A DNA stretch of 64,000 nucleotides from an uncultured Methanomicrobiales archaeon (GTDB lineage: Archaea > Halobacteriota > Methanomicrobia > Methanomicrobiales > Methanospirillaceae): assembly GCA_963758915.1 (NCBI GenBank), contig CAVWXH010000007.1, forward strand, positions 1 to 64,000, written 5' to 3'. Positions 43,074 to 53,062 of this stretch are shown in pieces. The position numbers and the translations under genes are program-made. The number at the start of each line of letters is the position of its first letter. The first letter of the stretch is position 1. The notes below the pieces were generated by a model. It was given only the letters and a program-made list of their open reading frames with translations, was not told the DNA's origin and did not search any database.

Positions 43074-43418
43074 TCGGAATGTGATAATACAGGATTTATA
43101 TTTAACGAAAAGGTATTTTTTCAGGGACCCATGGGTGAATGCGCCCATGAACAGGGGTTGCCTGAATTCCGTCACCGGTAGCCGTTCAGCTGATTTTTCG
43201 CATTCTGGTACTGATGGCTGATTGTGGTCTTCGTGAACAATTCAGGAAGCCCTGCCTCGGAATGGTAATCGAGTACCTAAAACCGCTTTGATACCTGCCA
43301 TTTTATTCAAGGATAATTCTTATAATTTTTATCGGGAAACGTAAGGGTCATCCACCTGTACGAGGCCCGTTACAATGTTTAGTACTAAACTATATGGTTT
43401 GAGGGATGAGTTTTTCAT

Positions 43419-43769
43419 ATGCCATCAATGGACCACGACCTGCTCGTCCTCATCACGAACCTGCACGGCACGGACAGGTTGTCGCCCGATAAATTCAGCA
43501 GGATGAAGTTATTCCTTATTAACCCGCTTTTCCGGGCAGATGCTTCCGATGCCACGGACTGGATAACGGTTGGAAATACAGTGGTCCGGGAAGGGCATTA
43601 TTCCCTGGCACTCAAATGTTACGCAAATGCCATAGAAATCGATCCTGATAACCTTGATGCCTGGAACAATATTTCTGTCACATTTGAGATGATTGGGAGG
43701 ACGGATGAAGCAGAGCGGTGCAGGGAGAAGATTGCGGAAATTACTACACGCCGCAACAGGAAGAAGTGA
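43419..43769 (+). CDS. TPR protein
   Basis: ALKCYANAIEIDPDNLDAWNN..GRTDEA. Confidence 0.8.
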   Translation: MPSMDHDLLVLITNLHGTDRLSPDKFSRMKLFLINPLFRADASDATDWITVGNTVVREGHYSLALKCYANAIEIDPDNLDAWNNISVTFEMIGRTDEAERCREKIAEITTRRNRKK

Positions 43770-43783
43770 CAATCCACCCGGGG

Positions 43784-44347
43784 TCATGCTCCACCGGATG
43801 GAAGTACCCGGATATCCATAGCTGCGATCTGGCTGTACACTTTTGATTTTTCTGCGAGAGTCCACCGGTCAAAGACCAGGGACTGGAAGGGCTGCCAGAT
43901 TACCACCCAGCAGAATATCACGAGGACATTGAGTACAATAACTGCAAGGGGTATATGCTGAAACTTGGTTAAGAGGGCGATCCCAATAAATGAGGGTATT
44001 GCGACCCCGATTGTGAGCCAGACTTCCCGTAGCCCAACCCTGACAGTCAGGATGCTGCTTCTTTTTATTTCGGTGGAACGGTTTTTAAAATGCGACTTCG
44101 TCGCAGAAACAATCGCGGTCTGCCGCTCAGGAGTGAGATCTGATGGGGGGAACTGAAGTTCGATATGGTCACAGATTGGCGAAATTTTTTTATCGGGCAC
44201 GTCAAGGACAGAGAGGACTATCGCATTTTCTGCACGATCGGTGAGTTCACGGTCACATTCCGGGGAAGGGTCATCAGCATCATAAAAATGGGCGATCGTT
44301 CTGAACGATATTGAGGCCAGAGTACCAGGGCTGTATTGTTCGGACAT
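43784..44347 (-). CDS. Hypothetical protein with two C-terminal TM helices
   Basis: DPSP..RELTD motif, WVVIWQP; GGTGA RBS. Confidence 0.7.
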   Translation of the reverse strand: MSEQYSPGTLASISFRTIAHFYDADDPSPECDRELTDRAENAIVLSVLDVPDKKISPICDHIELQFPPSDLTPERQTAIVSATKSHFKNRSTEIKRSSILTVRVGLREVWLTIGVAIPSFIGIALLTKFQHIPLAVIVLNVLVIFCWVVIWQPFQSLVFDRWTLAEKSKVYSQIAAMDIRVLPSGGA

Positions 44348-44582
44348 CCGGGTTCACCACGTTAACTACTGGTACTCATTGAAACTACAGGGAAAATAAT
44401 TCTCCTTTACGAATCTCCTTTATGCACCTGTATCATTTTCAGCCCGGCACGTACCTTAGCGAGGTAGTACCTGGATGAGTAGTTGTCAAAAACAAAAAAA
44501 ACACAAAAAAAGTAAGACGGGGCAGACCCCGGCATCACGGGGAATTCCTGCAGGGCCCCGGAAGTGCTCCTGCTTCCAGGGG

Positions 44583-44858
44583 TTAGTCTTCCGATTCAGG
44601 TGTTGGAGGAGTTTTATAGACGAGCCATAGTACCCCTGCGGTACAGGCAATGATGATTACCACCAGGAGGACTGCGCTCCAGATGTCTTCATTGAACCTC
44701 GTGCTCATTGAAAGAGATGTCCCGAGAAGGTCGTTAATCATCCCGATCAATAGCGAAATGGCAAAAAATATAAAAAATCCTGCAAATATACCGAGGATCA
44801 CACCTGCAACAATCCTGAGTGGTGCCGGTTTTGGAAGATTATCAGTCATGGATTCCAT
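44583..44858 (-). CDS. Small two-TM membrane protein
   Basis: Two hydrophobic helices; TATATT upstream; the longer ORF-track N-terminus is judged spurious. Confidence 0.65.
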   Translation of the reverse strand: MESMTDNLPKPAPLRIVAGVILGIFAGFFIFFAISLLIGMINDLLGTSLSMSTRFNEDIWSAVLLVVIIIACTAGVLWLVYKTPPTPESED

Positions 44859-45169
44859 ATTTAACGCATTAATATATAGGGATTCGCTTTTCGAGTAAGC
44901 AAACATGATACCAATGGGACCCTGATAATAACAGGGTTGTAACACAGGAGGATAACATTCATCAGTAATTATTCCCAATATCTGGGAAAGAAAACGCCCG
45001 TTTTTTTGTTCGAACGTTTTGGTTTCATACGGTTCAATAGTTCCCGCGAATAGTACAAGGGTCCTGGCGAACAGAACCGGGACCACCGGGCAAAGATGAG
45101 ATGTCCGGGGCGTGAAACCCACGTACCAGCAAAAAAAGGTGCTGAACCATATCACAAATCCAGCAAGCA

Positions 45170-45439
45170 GTGATTCCATTGAAGACAATAAAAGTATTCT
45201 GCCTCGATTCCTGTGAACACTCCAATCACCTGAAACAGGAATTATGGGATAACAATATCTCATTTGAAGAGGTGTATCTCGGGAGCACACAGGCCATCCA
45301 TGACCTCCGCAACCGTGGACTCTCTCGTGCGAGAGCCCCGGTGTTACAGGTAAAAGAAAGATTGTATATGGGTAATGACCTGTTCCCTGGCGGTATCATA
45401 GACCGGTCTTTTATTGAGCAGTGCCTCTTTGATCCCTGA
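45170..45439 (+). CDS. Glutaredoxin/NrdH-like small protein (CxxS)
   Basis: IKVFCLDSCEHS..LK..L....I.FEEV, APVLQV cis-Pro motif. Confidence 0.65.
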   Translation: MIPLKTIKVFCLDSCEHSNHLKQELWDNNISFEEVYLGSTQAIHDLRNRGLSRARAPVLQVKERLYMGNDLFPGGIIDRSFIEQCLFDP

Positions 45440-45681
45440 CTCCCCGACGCAACGAAAAAAAAATACAGGGTACATCATATACGGGAAACCCGCGGGATAC
45501 CCCATTCTTCTTTGAGGTGCAGATATAACACTTGGTTTACCGTGGAACAGGTCGCAATCTTATTCCCGCTACCTGCAGAACAATTATACATTTATGACCT
45601 GATCCCGAAGTATTATCGTAACAATCCCGCAGAGATACTCCGGGGTCATCAAAAAAAGACCATTTCACCCTGCTTATCAGA

Positions 45682-46155
45682 ATGGTAACCAGGAGGGGCA
45701 CGTCCGTGAACTACGAGATCCAGTTGTCGCTTGATAGCTTCAATACCCTTAGTCCGCTCCGGTGTAAGGGAGTACCCGGACTGAACGCCCATAAAAAGAA
45801 CTGCATTCCCTGCGTTTATGCAATCCGGAGTGAAGATCGCATTTTTTGCACCCGTTTCAGAAGACCTGTAAGCAACGGGCAGAAATATTCGTTGAAGGAG
45901 TGGAAATCAGCACGGGATATTGTACTTGCACGAGATGGTAACGAGTGTGTAATATGTGAAAGGAGTGACGGGTTACATATCCACCATATCGACAGCGACA
46001 CGACAAATGATGCCCCGTCAAACCTCGTTACCCTCTGTAATTTCTGCCATGCCCGTGCCCATGCTGAACTCCACCGGGAGGGCGGGGCAGGGCGGGTGCA
46101 GGGGGTCATCAACCATTACCGGTTGCAACGGAAAGCGGTATCCACCGGAGACTAG
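45682..46155 (+). CDS. HNH endonuclease with Cys-rich N-terminus
   Basis: VLARDGNECVIC..LHIHHID..N..NLVTLCNFCHARAH. Confidence 0.88.
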   Translation: MVTRRGTSVNYEIQLSLDSFNTLSPLRCKGVPGLNAHKKNCIPCVYAIRSEDRIFCTRFRRPVSNGQKYSLKEWKSARDIVLARDGNECVICERSDGLHIHHIDSDTTNDAPSNLVTLCNFCHARAHAELHREGGAGRVQGVINHYRLQRKAVSTGD

Positions 46156-46161
46156 GTCCTG

Positions 46162-46893
46162 ATGACCGGATGCAATTCAATTGTGTACGAAGGCCTTACC
46201 ATACCTTATGATATTACCTTCAGCCACCGGCGGAGTAGTATTTCGATTGTCGTCCACCGCACGAAACGGGTTGAAATAAAGGCCCCGTCCGGTACCCCGG
46301 TATCATATATTCAGGGCCTTGCAGGGAAGAAAGTGGCCTGGATCGTGAAACGGCTCAGGCTCCTCGATTCAATGGCAGAACTGCTGGTAGAACGGAATTA
46401 CCACGATGGAGAGGTGTTTTTTTTCCTCGGTGCCCCGATCATGCTCTCAGTTACGGGTGACACCGCCACCGGGGGCATCAGGTGTGCGGAAGGGCATTTT
46501 TTTGTGGCTACACCCCGGTCACTATCCGGCCCTGATCAGGCACAGTACACCAGAAAACTGGTGCAGGACTGGTACCGTGAACAGGCTGCCCTGATAATCG
46601 GGGAAAAAGTTGGGGAATTCGCCATTTCCCTTGGAGTGGAACTGCCACCTTTCAGGTTGAAGAATATCAGGCGACGCTGGGGGAGTTGCAGCCACAGGAA
46701 TCACTTGAATTTTAATCTGAGGCTCATAATGGCGCCGATCGATCTCGTCGAATATGTGGTGCTGCATGAACTCTGCCATATCAGGCATAAAAACCATTCC
46801 CGGGAATTCTGGGAAGCGCTACGGGAATTGATGCCGGATTACCCCGAAAGAAGGGGACGCCTCAAACGGGAGGGGCAGCGGTACGTTCTGTAG
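46162..46893 (+). CDS. YgjP/DUF45 (M48-like) metal-dependent hydrolase
   Basis: RRWGSCS, YVVLHELCH, NHSREFW. Confidence 0.9.
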   Translation: MTGCNSIVYEGLTIPYDITFSHRRSSISIVVHRTKRVEIKAPSGTPVSYIQGLAGKKVAWIVKRLRLLDSMAELLVERNYHDGEVFFFLGAPIMLSVTGDTATGGIRCAEGHFFVATPRSLSGPDQAQYTRKLVQDWYREQAALIIGEKVGEFAISLGVELPPFRLKNIRRRWGSCSHRNHLNFNLRLIMAPIDLVEYVVLHELCHIRHKNHSREFWEALRELMPDYPERRGRLKREGQRYVL

Positions 46894-47067
46894 AACTGAC
46901 AAATGAAATTCCGGGTTGTGAGAGCCCCTCTTTCTTTTCGCGTCCCTGCCAGGCATGCCATGCCCGCCAATCCGGGTATATGCCCGGGGGTACCGTTCCC
47001 GATACGGTCTTCTCACCGGTGCGCCCCATCGAGAGATCAGCCGGGATAAGCAGGGACAAGCGGCCCG

Positions 47068-47721
47068 TTATAATTCCCTGACCATGAGTGTGATCTCCCC
47101 GGGCAGGTCCTTAAAATAACAGGTCCCGTCAACGGAAAAATCCTGAAACGGAACCATAGCAGCCTCAAAAAAACCACACGCGGAAAATAACCCGCGTGAG
47201 GCAGGGGTGGTGCACTCTGCAAGGGCATACGAAAAGCCCCTGGTACGGGCGTGGTCCACCGCAGCCGTCAGCAAGGCTTTCGCAACCCCCTTCCCCTGGA
47301 ACCGGGGAACAGTCCCCACCTGGAAGAGGTGAAGGGATTCCCCTGCACCGACCGGGTAGTGTTCCCGGTAGCACTGCTCAAGCCTGCCAAGTATACAGGT
47401 AATCTCGTTAAAAATTGAAAACATATCGGCCATCAGGGGGTCACGGGACAACCAGTCAGTGGCAAGGTCACTGCTAAACGCGAAGCCTGCGAGGCCCCCG
47501 GATATGCTATCCCTCGCGATGAAACTCAGGGAATCCCTGGCGCACAGGGTTACATACACATATGCCGGAGGGAAAAAAATTTCCGGACCTGTCCTGCAAT
47601 AGCGGGTCATCGGCTCATGGTTGAGGAAAACATCCGCGTAACACCGGGTTGCTTCCCCGGCATCATTACCGGTAAGTGGTGTAATTACAAATGGAAAAAC
47701 AGGCCCGTTAACAGGACTCAC
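47068..47721 (-). CDS. GNAT family acetyltransferase
   Basis: VGTVPRFQGKGVAKALL acetyl-CoA motif; start uncertain. Confidence 0.8.
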   Translation of the reverse strand: MSPVNGPVFPFVITPLTGNDAGEATRCYADVFLNHEPMTRYCRTGPEIFFPPAYVYVTLCARDSLSFIARDSISGGLAGFAFSSDLATDWLSRDPLMADMFSIFNEITCILGRLEQCYREHYPVGAGESLHLFQVGTVPRFQGKGVAKALLTAAVDHARTRGFSYALAECTTPASRGLFSACGFFEAAMVPFQDFSVDGTCYFKDLPGEITLMVREL

Positions 47722-47928
47722 CGCTAAATTACATGCCTGTTTACGATATTTATCTTTCCATACCCCGGGTTTGGATGGAAATGGTGACGACCTGGTATTC
47801 CCATGAAGCCGGAGCCCGCGGATAACTGAATCGTACCCTATAAGTACAACGCCGTGCAACAGGATGGATCATGGGCAGGGGTACTCACACCGGTGGGTAT
47901 GACAGGCCTGTTACAACCCGGGTGGACG

Positions 47929-48363
47929 ATGACAGGGATTTACCAGAAGATTGTAATTGCAACCGACGGATCGGAAAGAAACCTGAGTGCGGTAATTGAG
48001 GGGGTGATGATCGCCCGTGTTTCCGGGGCAAAACTCCAGGTGGTCTATGTAATTGATACAAAAGCCCTCACTACGGGTGTCATCGAGGAGTCCTATGCCG
48101 GCATGTATGACAGCCTTCACGGGGAGGGGGAACAGGCACTTGAACAGGCAAAAGAGCTGGCAGGTGACCTCGATGCGGATACGTTCCTCCTTACCGGGAA
48201 ACCAGCAACAGAGATCACCCGCTTTGTAAAGGAACAGGGGGCAGACCTGCTGGTTGTCGGAACGCAGGGGAAAAGCGGCCTTGGAAAACTCATTCTCGGG
48301 AGTGTAGCCGAAACGATCATCCGGACTGCCCCCTGCTCCGTACTGGTGGTAAGGAAGTCCTAA
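47929..48363 (+). CDS. Universal stress protein
   Basis: IVIATDGS, DLLVVGTQGKSG..LILGSVAE..PCSVLVV. Confidence 0.93.
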   Translation: MTGIYQKIVIATDGSERNLSAVIEGVMIARVSGAKLQVVYVIDTKALTTGVIEESYAGMYDSLHGEGEQALEQAKELAGDLDADTFLLTGKPATEITRFVKEQGADLLVVGTQGKSGLGKLILGSVAETIIRTAPCSVLVVRKS

Positions 48364-48383
48364 AAAAACAAGGAATACTATAG

Positions 48384-49280
48384 ATGACGGATAAAAACCC
48401 CATGCGATACAGCAGCCAGGTAAACAAACAGGAACACCCAGGTACAAGACCCTGCGCCAGGTGCCGGAAACAGGGTCAGGTTGGTGCGGCTATTCTTACA
48501 ACCATGGGAATGTTAATCCTGCTCTGCCTTGTTCTCGGGGCAGGGGCCTCGGCAGCAGGGACGAAAACTGCCTACATGGGAGATATGGTCACATTATCGG
48601 GATCTTCCCCAGGGAGCGATATAGTCTACCTCTTCATGACCGGGCCGAACCTTCCCCCGAACGGGGTGGCCCTGAACAATATCAACCGGAGGGCTGACAT
48701 GGGGGGCTTCACAACGACCGATGTCGATTCGGATGGCCACTGGGTCTACAAATGGTACACGAACCAGATCGGCGGGAAAATCGATACCGGTACCTACACG
48801 GTATGGGTGACCGACCGGCCGGTTGACAGGTCACACCTGAGCGGGAGCAACTACCATTCTATTCCCGTCCTCCTGCAACAGCCAGGGATCGTCGCAGGGT
48901 CATCAACCGCGAGCGGGGCACTTCTGGTCAGGACTACACCTGAAGGGGCGGTCCTTTTCCTGAACGGGGATAATAAAGGGGTTACACCGGTCACTATCAC
49001 TGAACTTCCAGTTGGAAACCATCTGATAGTAGTATCCTTACCGGGTTACCAGAACCTTACAACACAGGTGGTCGTGAAGGAGGGCGCACGTACCGAGGTC
49101 AGTATACCCTTGTCATCTCAAAATGGCCCCGTCCCCGTCAATACCACACCCACAGGTACGGAAACACCATCACAGTCACAGCCAGCCTCCCCACCCCCTA
49201 CCCGTGCTTCCGGAATAATCCCGGAAACAATTGTCCTTTTCATGATTGCACTGATATTGCTCGGCTGGCGGACGAAATAA
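48384..49280 (+). CDS. PEGA-domain surface protein with C-terminal membrane anchor
   Basis: YLFMTGPNLP, TTPEGAVLFLNG..GVTP PEGA domain, Pro/Thr linker, TM + RTK. Confidence 0.85.
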   Translation: MTDKNPMRYSSQVNKQEHPGTRPCARCRKQGQVGAAILTTMGMLILLCLVLGAGASAAGTKTAYMGDMVTLSGSSPGSDIVYLFMTGPNLPPNGVALNNINRRADMGGFTTTDVDSDGHWVYKWYTNQIGGKIDTGTYTVWVTDRPVDRSHLSGSNYHSIPVLLQQPGIVAGSSTASGALLVRTTPEGAVLFLNGDNKGVTPVTITELPVGNHLIVVSLPGYQNLTTQVVVKEGARTEVSIPLSSQNGPVPVNTTPTGTETPSQSQPASPPPTRASGIIPETIVLFMIALILLGWRTK

Positions 49281-49515
49281 AAGAGTAACCCGGATATATC
49301 CTGTCACAGGGAAGATCTCATCTCCTTATTTATTTTATGAGTACTCCATTACTTTTTTTCACCGGGTTTTTTACCATTTCCTTCTGCCTGAAAGAGCAGG
49401 AATTGCAATGTAACATTTCACCGGGAAGCAGCTGACAAACCATGAGAGGCAAAGTACCACAAACGGCGCCTGCAGACAGTTCTTTAAAAAAGGATAGGTC
49501 TTAAGAAAACCCTTG

Positions 49516-49854
49516 TCAGATGTACCGGTTACGCCGCAGCCAGTCCACCTGGGGAGGCATGTACCGGTATATGATATCGCATTTCTCGTCCTGGAAACTC
49601 CATGGGGTGACGATAAGGGTATCCCCTTCACGGATCCAGACTCGTTTCTTTATTTTTCCCTTGATCCGGCCCATACGGGTGACCCCGTCATAACAACGGA
49701 CCCTGATATGGTTTGCCCCCATCATCAGTTCCGCCTGCGCGAACTGCTCTTTGGCCCATTTTTTCGGTAAACGGACACGCGCTGTCGGGGTTCCGTCCGG
49801 ATTTACTGCATTCAGATCTACTTCTTCGCCATTTTTATTCTGGTTATTCCTAAT
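49516..49854 (-). CDS. eif1a: Translation initiation factor aIF-1A (start uncertain: ATT at 49854 or TTG at 49881)
   Basis: RVRLP, MGANH..VRCYDG..RMGRIKGKIKKRVWIREGD..VTPWSFQ. Confidence 0.95.
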   Translation of the reverse strand: MRNNQNKNGEEVDLNAVNPDGTPTARVRLPKKWAKEQFAQAELMMGANHIRVRCYDGVTRMGRIKGKIKKRVWIREGDTLIVTPWSFQDEKCDIIYRYMPPQVDWLRRNRYI

Positions 49855-50285
49855 TGACCCAACTCCTGATTCAGAGTACAAACGATGTCTGACGCAATTA
49901 ATCTATCCCAACATTTATAACTATTGAGCCCTGCCAAAACCAGCTTCGTTTACATCCTGGCGAATTATATAACAATCTCACCGGCCCCGGATAAGGAAAA
50001 TAACCGGACTTGGGCGATGCAGAGGTCAATGTTCATTACGAAATGCGACAGACAAGTCATGATACCAGATTGAAGTTGCCGGAGAAATCCAGTCACGACC
50101 ATGACCTGTCCGCTGCGCCTTTTACTCATGTCCGCTGCCTGTTGTAGGGGGGCATGAATTCCCGGGTCTGCAGAGTTTTCAGGGACCTGGATAAGCATAG
50201 ATGAAACGGGACCGACCAGCCCTTAATGGCCCTGTGCGATCTGGTAAGCGGAAGATCCCGTGGGTTCCCTGGCAATTGCAGTTAA

Positions 50286-50825
50286 ATGCAGGTGAGGAAG
50301 AGCATGGACCTTGGAATTTTTGAAGCGATGGATGATACGGAAAAGAAGAACTACCTGGAATTTATCCTCTGGCACTACCGCGTCGTGGACGCATTCTGGT
50401 TTATTTATGTCGGTGAGACGTACGGCCAGCCAGTGGCTGAGTCTGTGAATGAACAGGTATGGGGCCGGGTCGCCGGTATGGCCGCAAAAGATATTGTAAG
50501 ACGTTTCAATATTACAGAAACGGGTCTTCGCGGGTTCGTCAAGGCCCTCCGTCACTTTCCCTGGGCAGTTATTGTGGGTTATACCATCGATGAGCGTGAT
50601 GATGAGGTCATTATATCTGTCCCGTCCTGTCCGACACAGGAAGCGCGCTTAAACCGCGGGCTGGGGGAATATGTATGCAGGGAGATGCACCGGGCTGAGT
50701 TCACCAGTTTTGCGAGGGAAATTGACGACCGGATCTGTGTCGAATGTGTATTTGCTCCCCCGGATCCGCACCCCCCTGATATGTTCTGCAAATGGCGGTT
50801 CTACCTTAAAAATGATGAAACTTAA
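50286..50825 (+). CDS. DUF6125-like protein
   Basis: [34 protein letters not shown]. Confidence 0.75.
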   Translation: MQVRKSMDLGIFEAMDDTEKKNYLEFILWHYRVVDAFWFIYVGETYGQPVAESVNEQVWGRVAGMAAKDIVRRFNITETGLRGFVKALRHFPWAVIVGYTIDERDDEVIISVPSCPTQEARLNRGLGEYVCREMHRAEFTSFAREIDDRICVECVFAPPDPHPPDMFCKWRFYLKNDET

Positions 50826-50844
50826 AAGCTGGACGATCAAAGAA

Positions 50845-50922
50845 AATCTCTGAAATTTCAGGTGAACCCTGCCAACAGAATTTCTTCCAGGGAGTGGAGC
50901 AGGGAGGGGTGAAACCACCTCC
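50845..50922 (-). repeat. Dispersed non-coding repeat, copy D (partial inner module)
   Basis: Reverse complement GGAGGTGGTTTCACCCCT...TTGGCAGGGTT...AATTTCAGAGATT aligns with 35072-35159. Confidence 0.75.
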
Positions 50923-51042
50923 TTTCTACGCGTCTGGTGCTTTTTTTGCCGGCACGAAGGATGCCGACAGAAATTTTCTGCAAAAACTGATTGATATTCT
51001 GATTGATAGTTCTATCGTTTCCAAATGGGAGCTTAAGAGTAG

Positions 51043-52893
51043 TTAAGCCCCAATCGCCGCAAGATTGCCCGGACTCCTCATGTAGAGCCAGTAACTCCTG
51101 GTCGGGTACAGCAGTGTTGATTCACTTGTGTCCTCGTTGAAGATTGTCGGTTCATACTGTTGCGAAATTGAATCAAATCCCATTGAGTTCACCCAGTCGG
51201 GCTGGACTGAAAGATAGGTGTTCCGGGCTGATGCCGGGGTTAAACCCGTGAAACCTATCGTGTTCCATCCTGCCGGGAGGCTCCGGGTTGGAGGAGAATT
51301 CAGATTCGTGTCAAAATTGAGAGTGACCACGGTATCTGAAACTGAATAGACCCAGATGCCATACAGCGGTTGTACCGGTGTAGTCGCGAGGACCGTTACC
51401 CAGCGCGGCGGGTTCTGTGCACCGTCCCACATGAAGGCTGAATGTCCCCCCATATCCACATTACCAAATATCGCACCGGTATTCGACCCTGCTGCCAGAA
51501 GCTTAGGTGTTGAAACGAAGTTCCAGCCCGGTGAGAGGTGGATCTGGTCATATTGTCCCGGTGGGGGCAATGTTGGTGTACCCGATGCAGAAATGAAATA
51601 CGGGTCCATGACCGCTTGCGGGTAGAGTGAAAGCATCTTTTTCTGTTTTGTGGGGTCTGATGCTGAGTAGATCAACCCCGGGGTCTCCTTCCCGTTGTCA
51701 AGGTACAGCCCGTCGGGAATGAGGAAATTCTTGTTGACAAGTGTCTGATCATTGCCACTTCTTGCCTCTTTCTTGATGACATTGAACCAGGTAATGCCCT
51801 TGATATTCGGGTAGGCTGATGAGAGGAGACTCGCGTTATAGACCTCGCTTACGTGGGAAACTTTAAGAGATTCTTCCTGGCCGGAATCCCCCTGCCCGTC
51901 ACTGCTCGTCTCGGTGAATATGAAGGGATGGTTTCTCTCCTTTGAGTAAAAGTCGTAAAACCCTTTGATATCTGAGAGTTTTTTAGGCCCGTCCGGCCAG
52001 GAATACCAGGTCATCCCTACCCAGTCAACAGAATCGGAAGGCAGTTGTACCAGGTTGTCATTATTTCCGGGCCAGTAGACCTTCCTGTCATCTTTTGTCT
52101 GCGCAATATTTCCTGCCCAGACGACCTGGATGTTATCCCCGCCCTTCTGGTGGATAAGCGTGTATGCATCACGGAACCACTGGCGGAATGTCTTTTTCGC
52201 CGGGCTGTCAACATGGTCATTTATTTCAGGGTTTACTTCAACATGCGTGTTGAACTCGGGAGCCAGCCAGATCAGGATCGTCGCACCTTTTCCCGAAGAG
52301 TCTTTGTTCCGGTCAGATACTTCTTTTAATTTGGTGGCCAGATCGGTGAGGATTTGACTTCCCGTTTTTCCGTTGGGATAGGTATCAGACAATGAAAGGA
52401 CATGCCCGTTATAGGGTGCGAGTGCAATCATGGGTACCCCGCCATCCAGAATGACCTTTTCAGCCCATACGTCTGGCCCCGGGGACGCGGTATATGCTTT
52501 TTTCCCGTAATCGTTGTCAGGGTAGAAGTTCATCAGGTAGTACCGGGAGAATATGACCTGTCTGGCCCCGGACCCGCTCTGTACGGCATTCACAGATGCC
52601 CGGAAAGACAAAATCCCAGTATCTATCGAATCAAGGCCGCCTGATATCGTTTCACCATAGGATCCAGGCTGGTCCAGGAACTGTGTCTCATAGAGATGGC
52701 CATCTGAATTGCTGTTCTTAAAGTTATTCGGGCCTAATGTCCCTACATTTCCACCAAGGTACACGCCTGCATAACATCCCTTCTCTGAAAGAATACCTTC
52801 GCTGACCGTGGGAATGTGAATAGCAGCGAGAGGCTGGACAAGCAGACATATGCTGATAAGCATTATGGTAACAAATACGAGTGTAGCACGCAT
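51043..52893 (-). CDS. Secreted GH26-like glycoside hydrolase with Methanomicrobiales-type C-terminal domain
   Basis: WLAPEFN and FIFTETS putative catalytic Glu motifs, YWPG, VDWVG.T.Y, IKGITWFN; C-terminal LSPGWNFVSTP/LPAGWNTIG. Confidence 0.7.
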   Translation of the reverse strand: MRATLVFVTIMLISICLLVQPLAAIHIPTVSEGILSEKGCYAGVYLGGNVGTLGPNNFKNSNSDGHLYETQFLDQPGSYGETISGGLDSIDTGILSFRASVNAVQSGSGARQVIFSRYYLMNFYPDNDYGKKAYTASPGPDVWAEKVILDGGVPMIALAPYNGHVLSLSDTYPNGKTGSQILTDLATKLKEVSDRNKDSSGKGATILIWLAPEFNTHVEVNPEINDHVDSPAKKTFRQWFRDAYTLIHQKGGDNIQVVWAGNIAQTKDDRKVYWPGNNDNLVQLPSDSVDWVGMTWYSWPDGPKKLSDIKGFYDFYSKERNHPFIFTETSSDGQGDSGQEESLKVSHVSEVYNASLLSSAYPNIKGITWFNVIKKEARSGNDQTLVNKNFLIPDGLYLDNGKETPGLIYSASDPTKQKKMLSLYPQAVMDPYFISASGTPTLPPPGQYDQIHLSPGWNFVSTPKLLAAGSNTGAIFGNVDMGGHSAFMWDGAQNPPRWVTVLATTPVQPLYGIWVYSVSDTVVTLNFDTNLNSPPTRSLPAGWNTIGFTGLTPASARNTYLSVQPDWVNSMGFDSISQQYEPTIFNEDTSESTLLYPTRSYWLYMRSPGNLAAIGA

Positions 52894-53062
52894 GATGATC
52901 GTTCTCCAGCCAGATACCCGCATAAAGATCGTGCAGGCATCTGAAGAATATCCGGTCAACCGTAATATTTATTTTTTATTTTTTCGGGATTACCCAGTTT
53001 TATACTATTACTCAATTCTATACTATTATTTGGCATCTAAAAAAAGACTGCTGATTTACAGA

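Noticed and set aside
45050-45135. GC-rich stretch resembling part of SRP or RNase P RNA
   Set aside because: Lacks the SRP helix-8 motif and the RNase P GAGGAAAGUCC motif
44859-45290. Long N-terminal extension of ORF 44583-45290
   Set aside because: It overlaps the opposite-strand glutaredoxin-like gene; a TATA-like box and ATG at 44858 give a better gene
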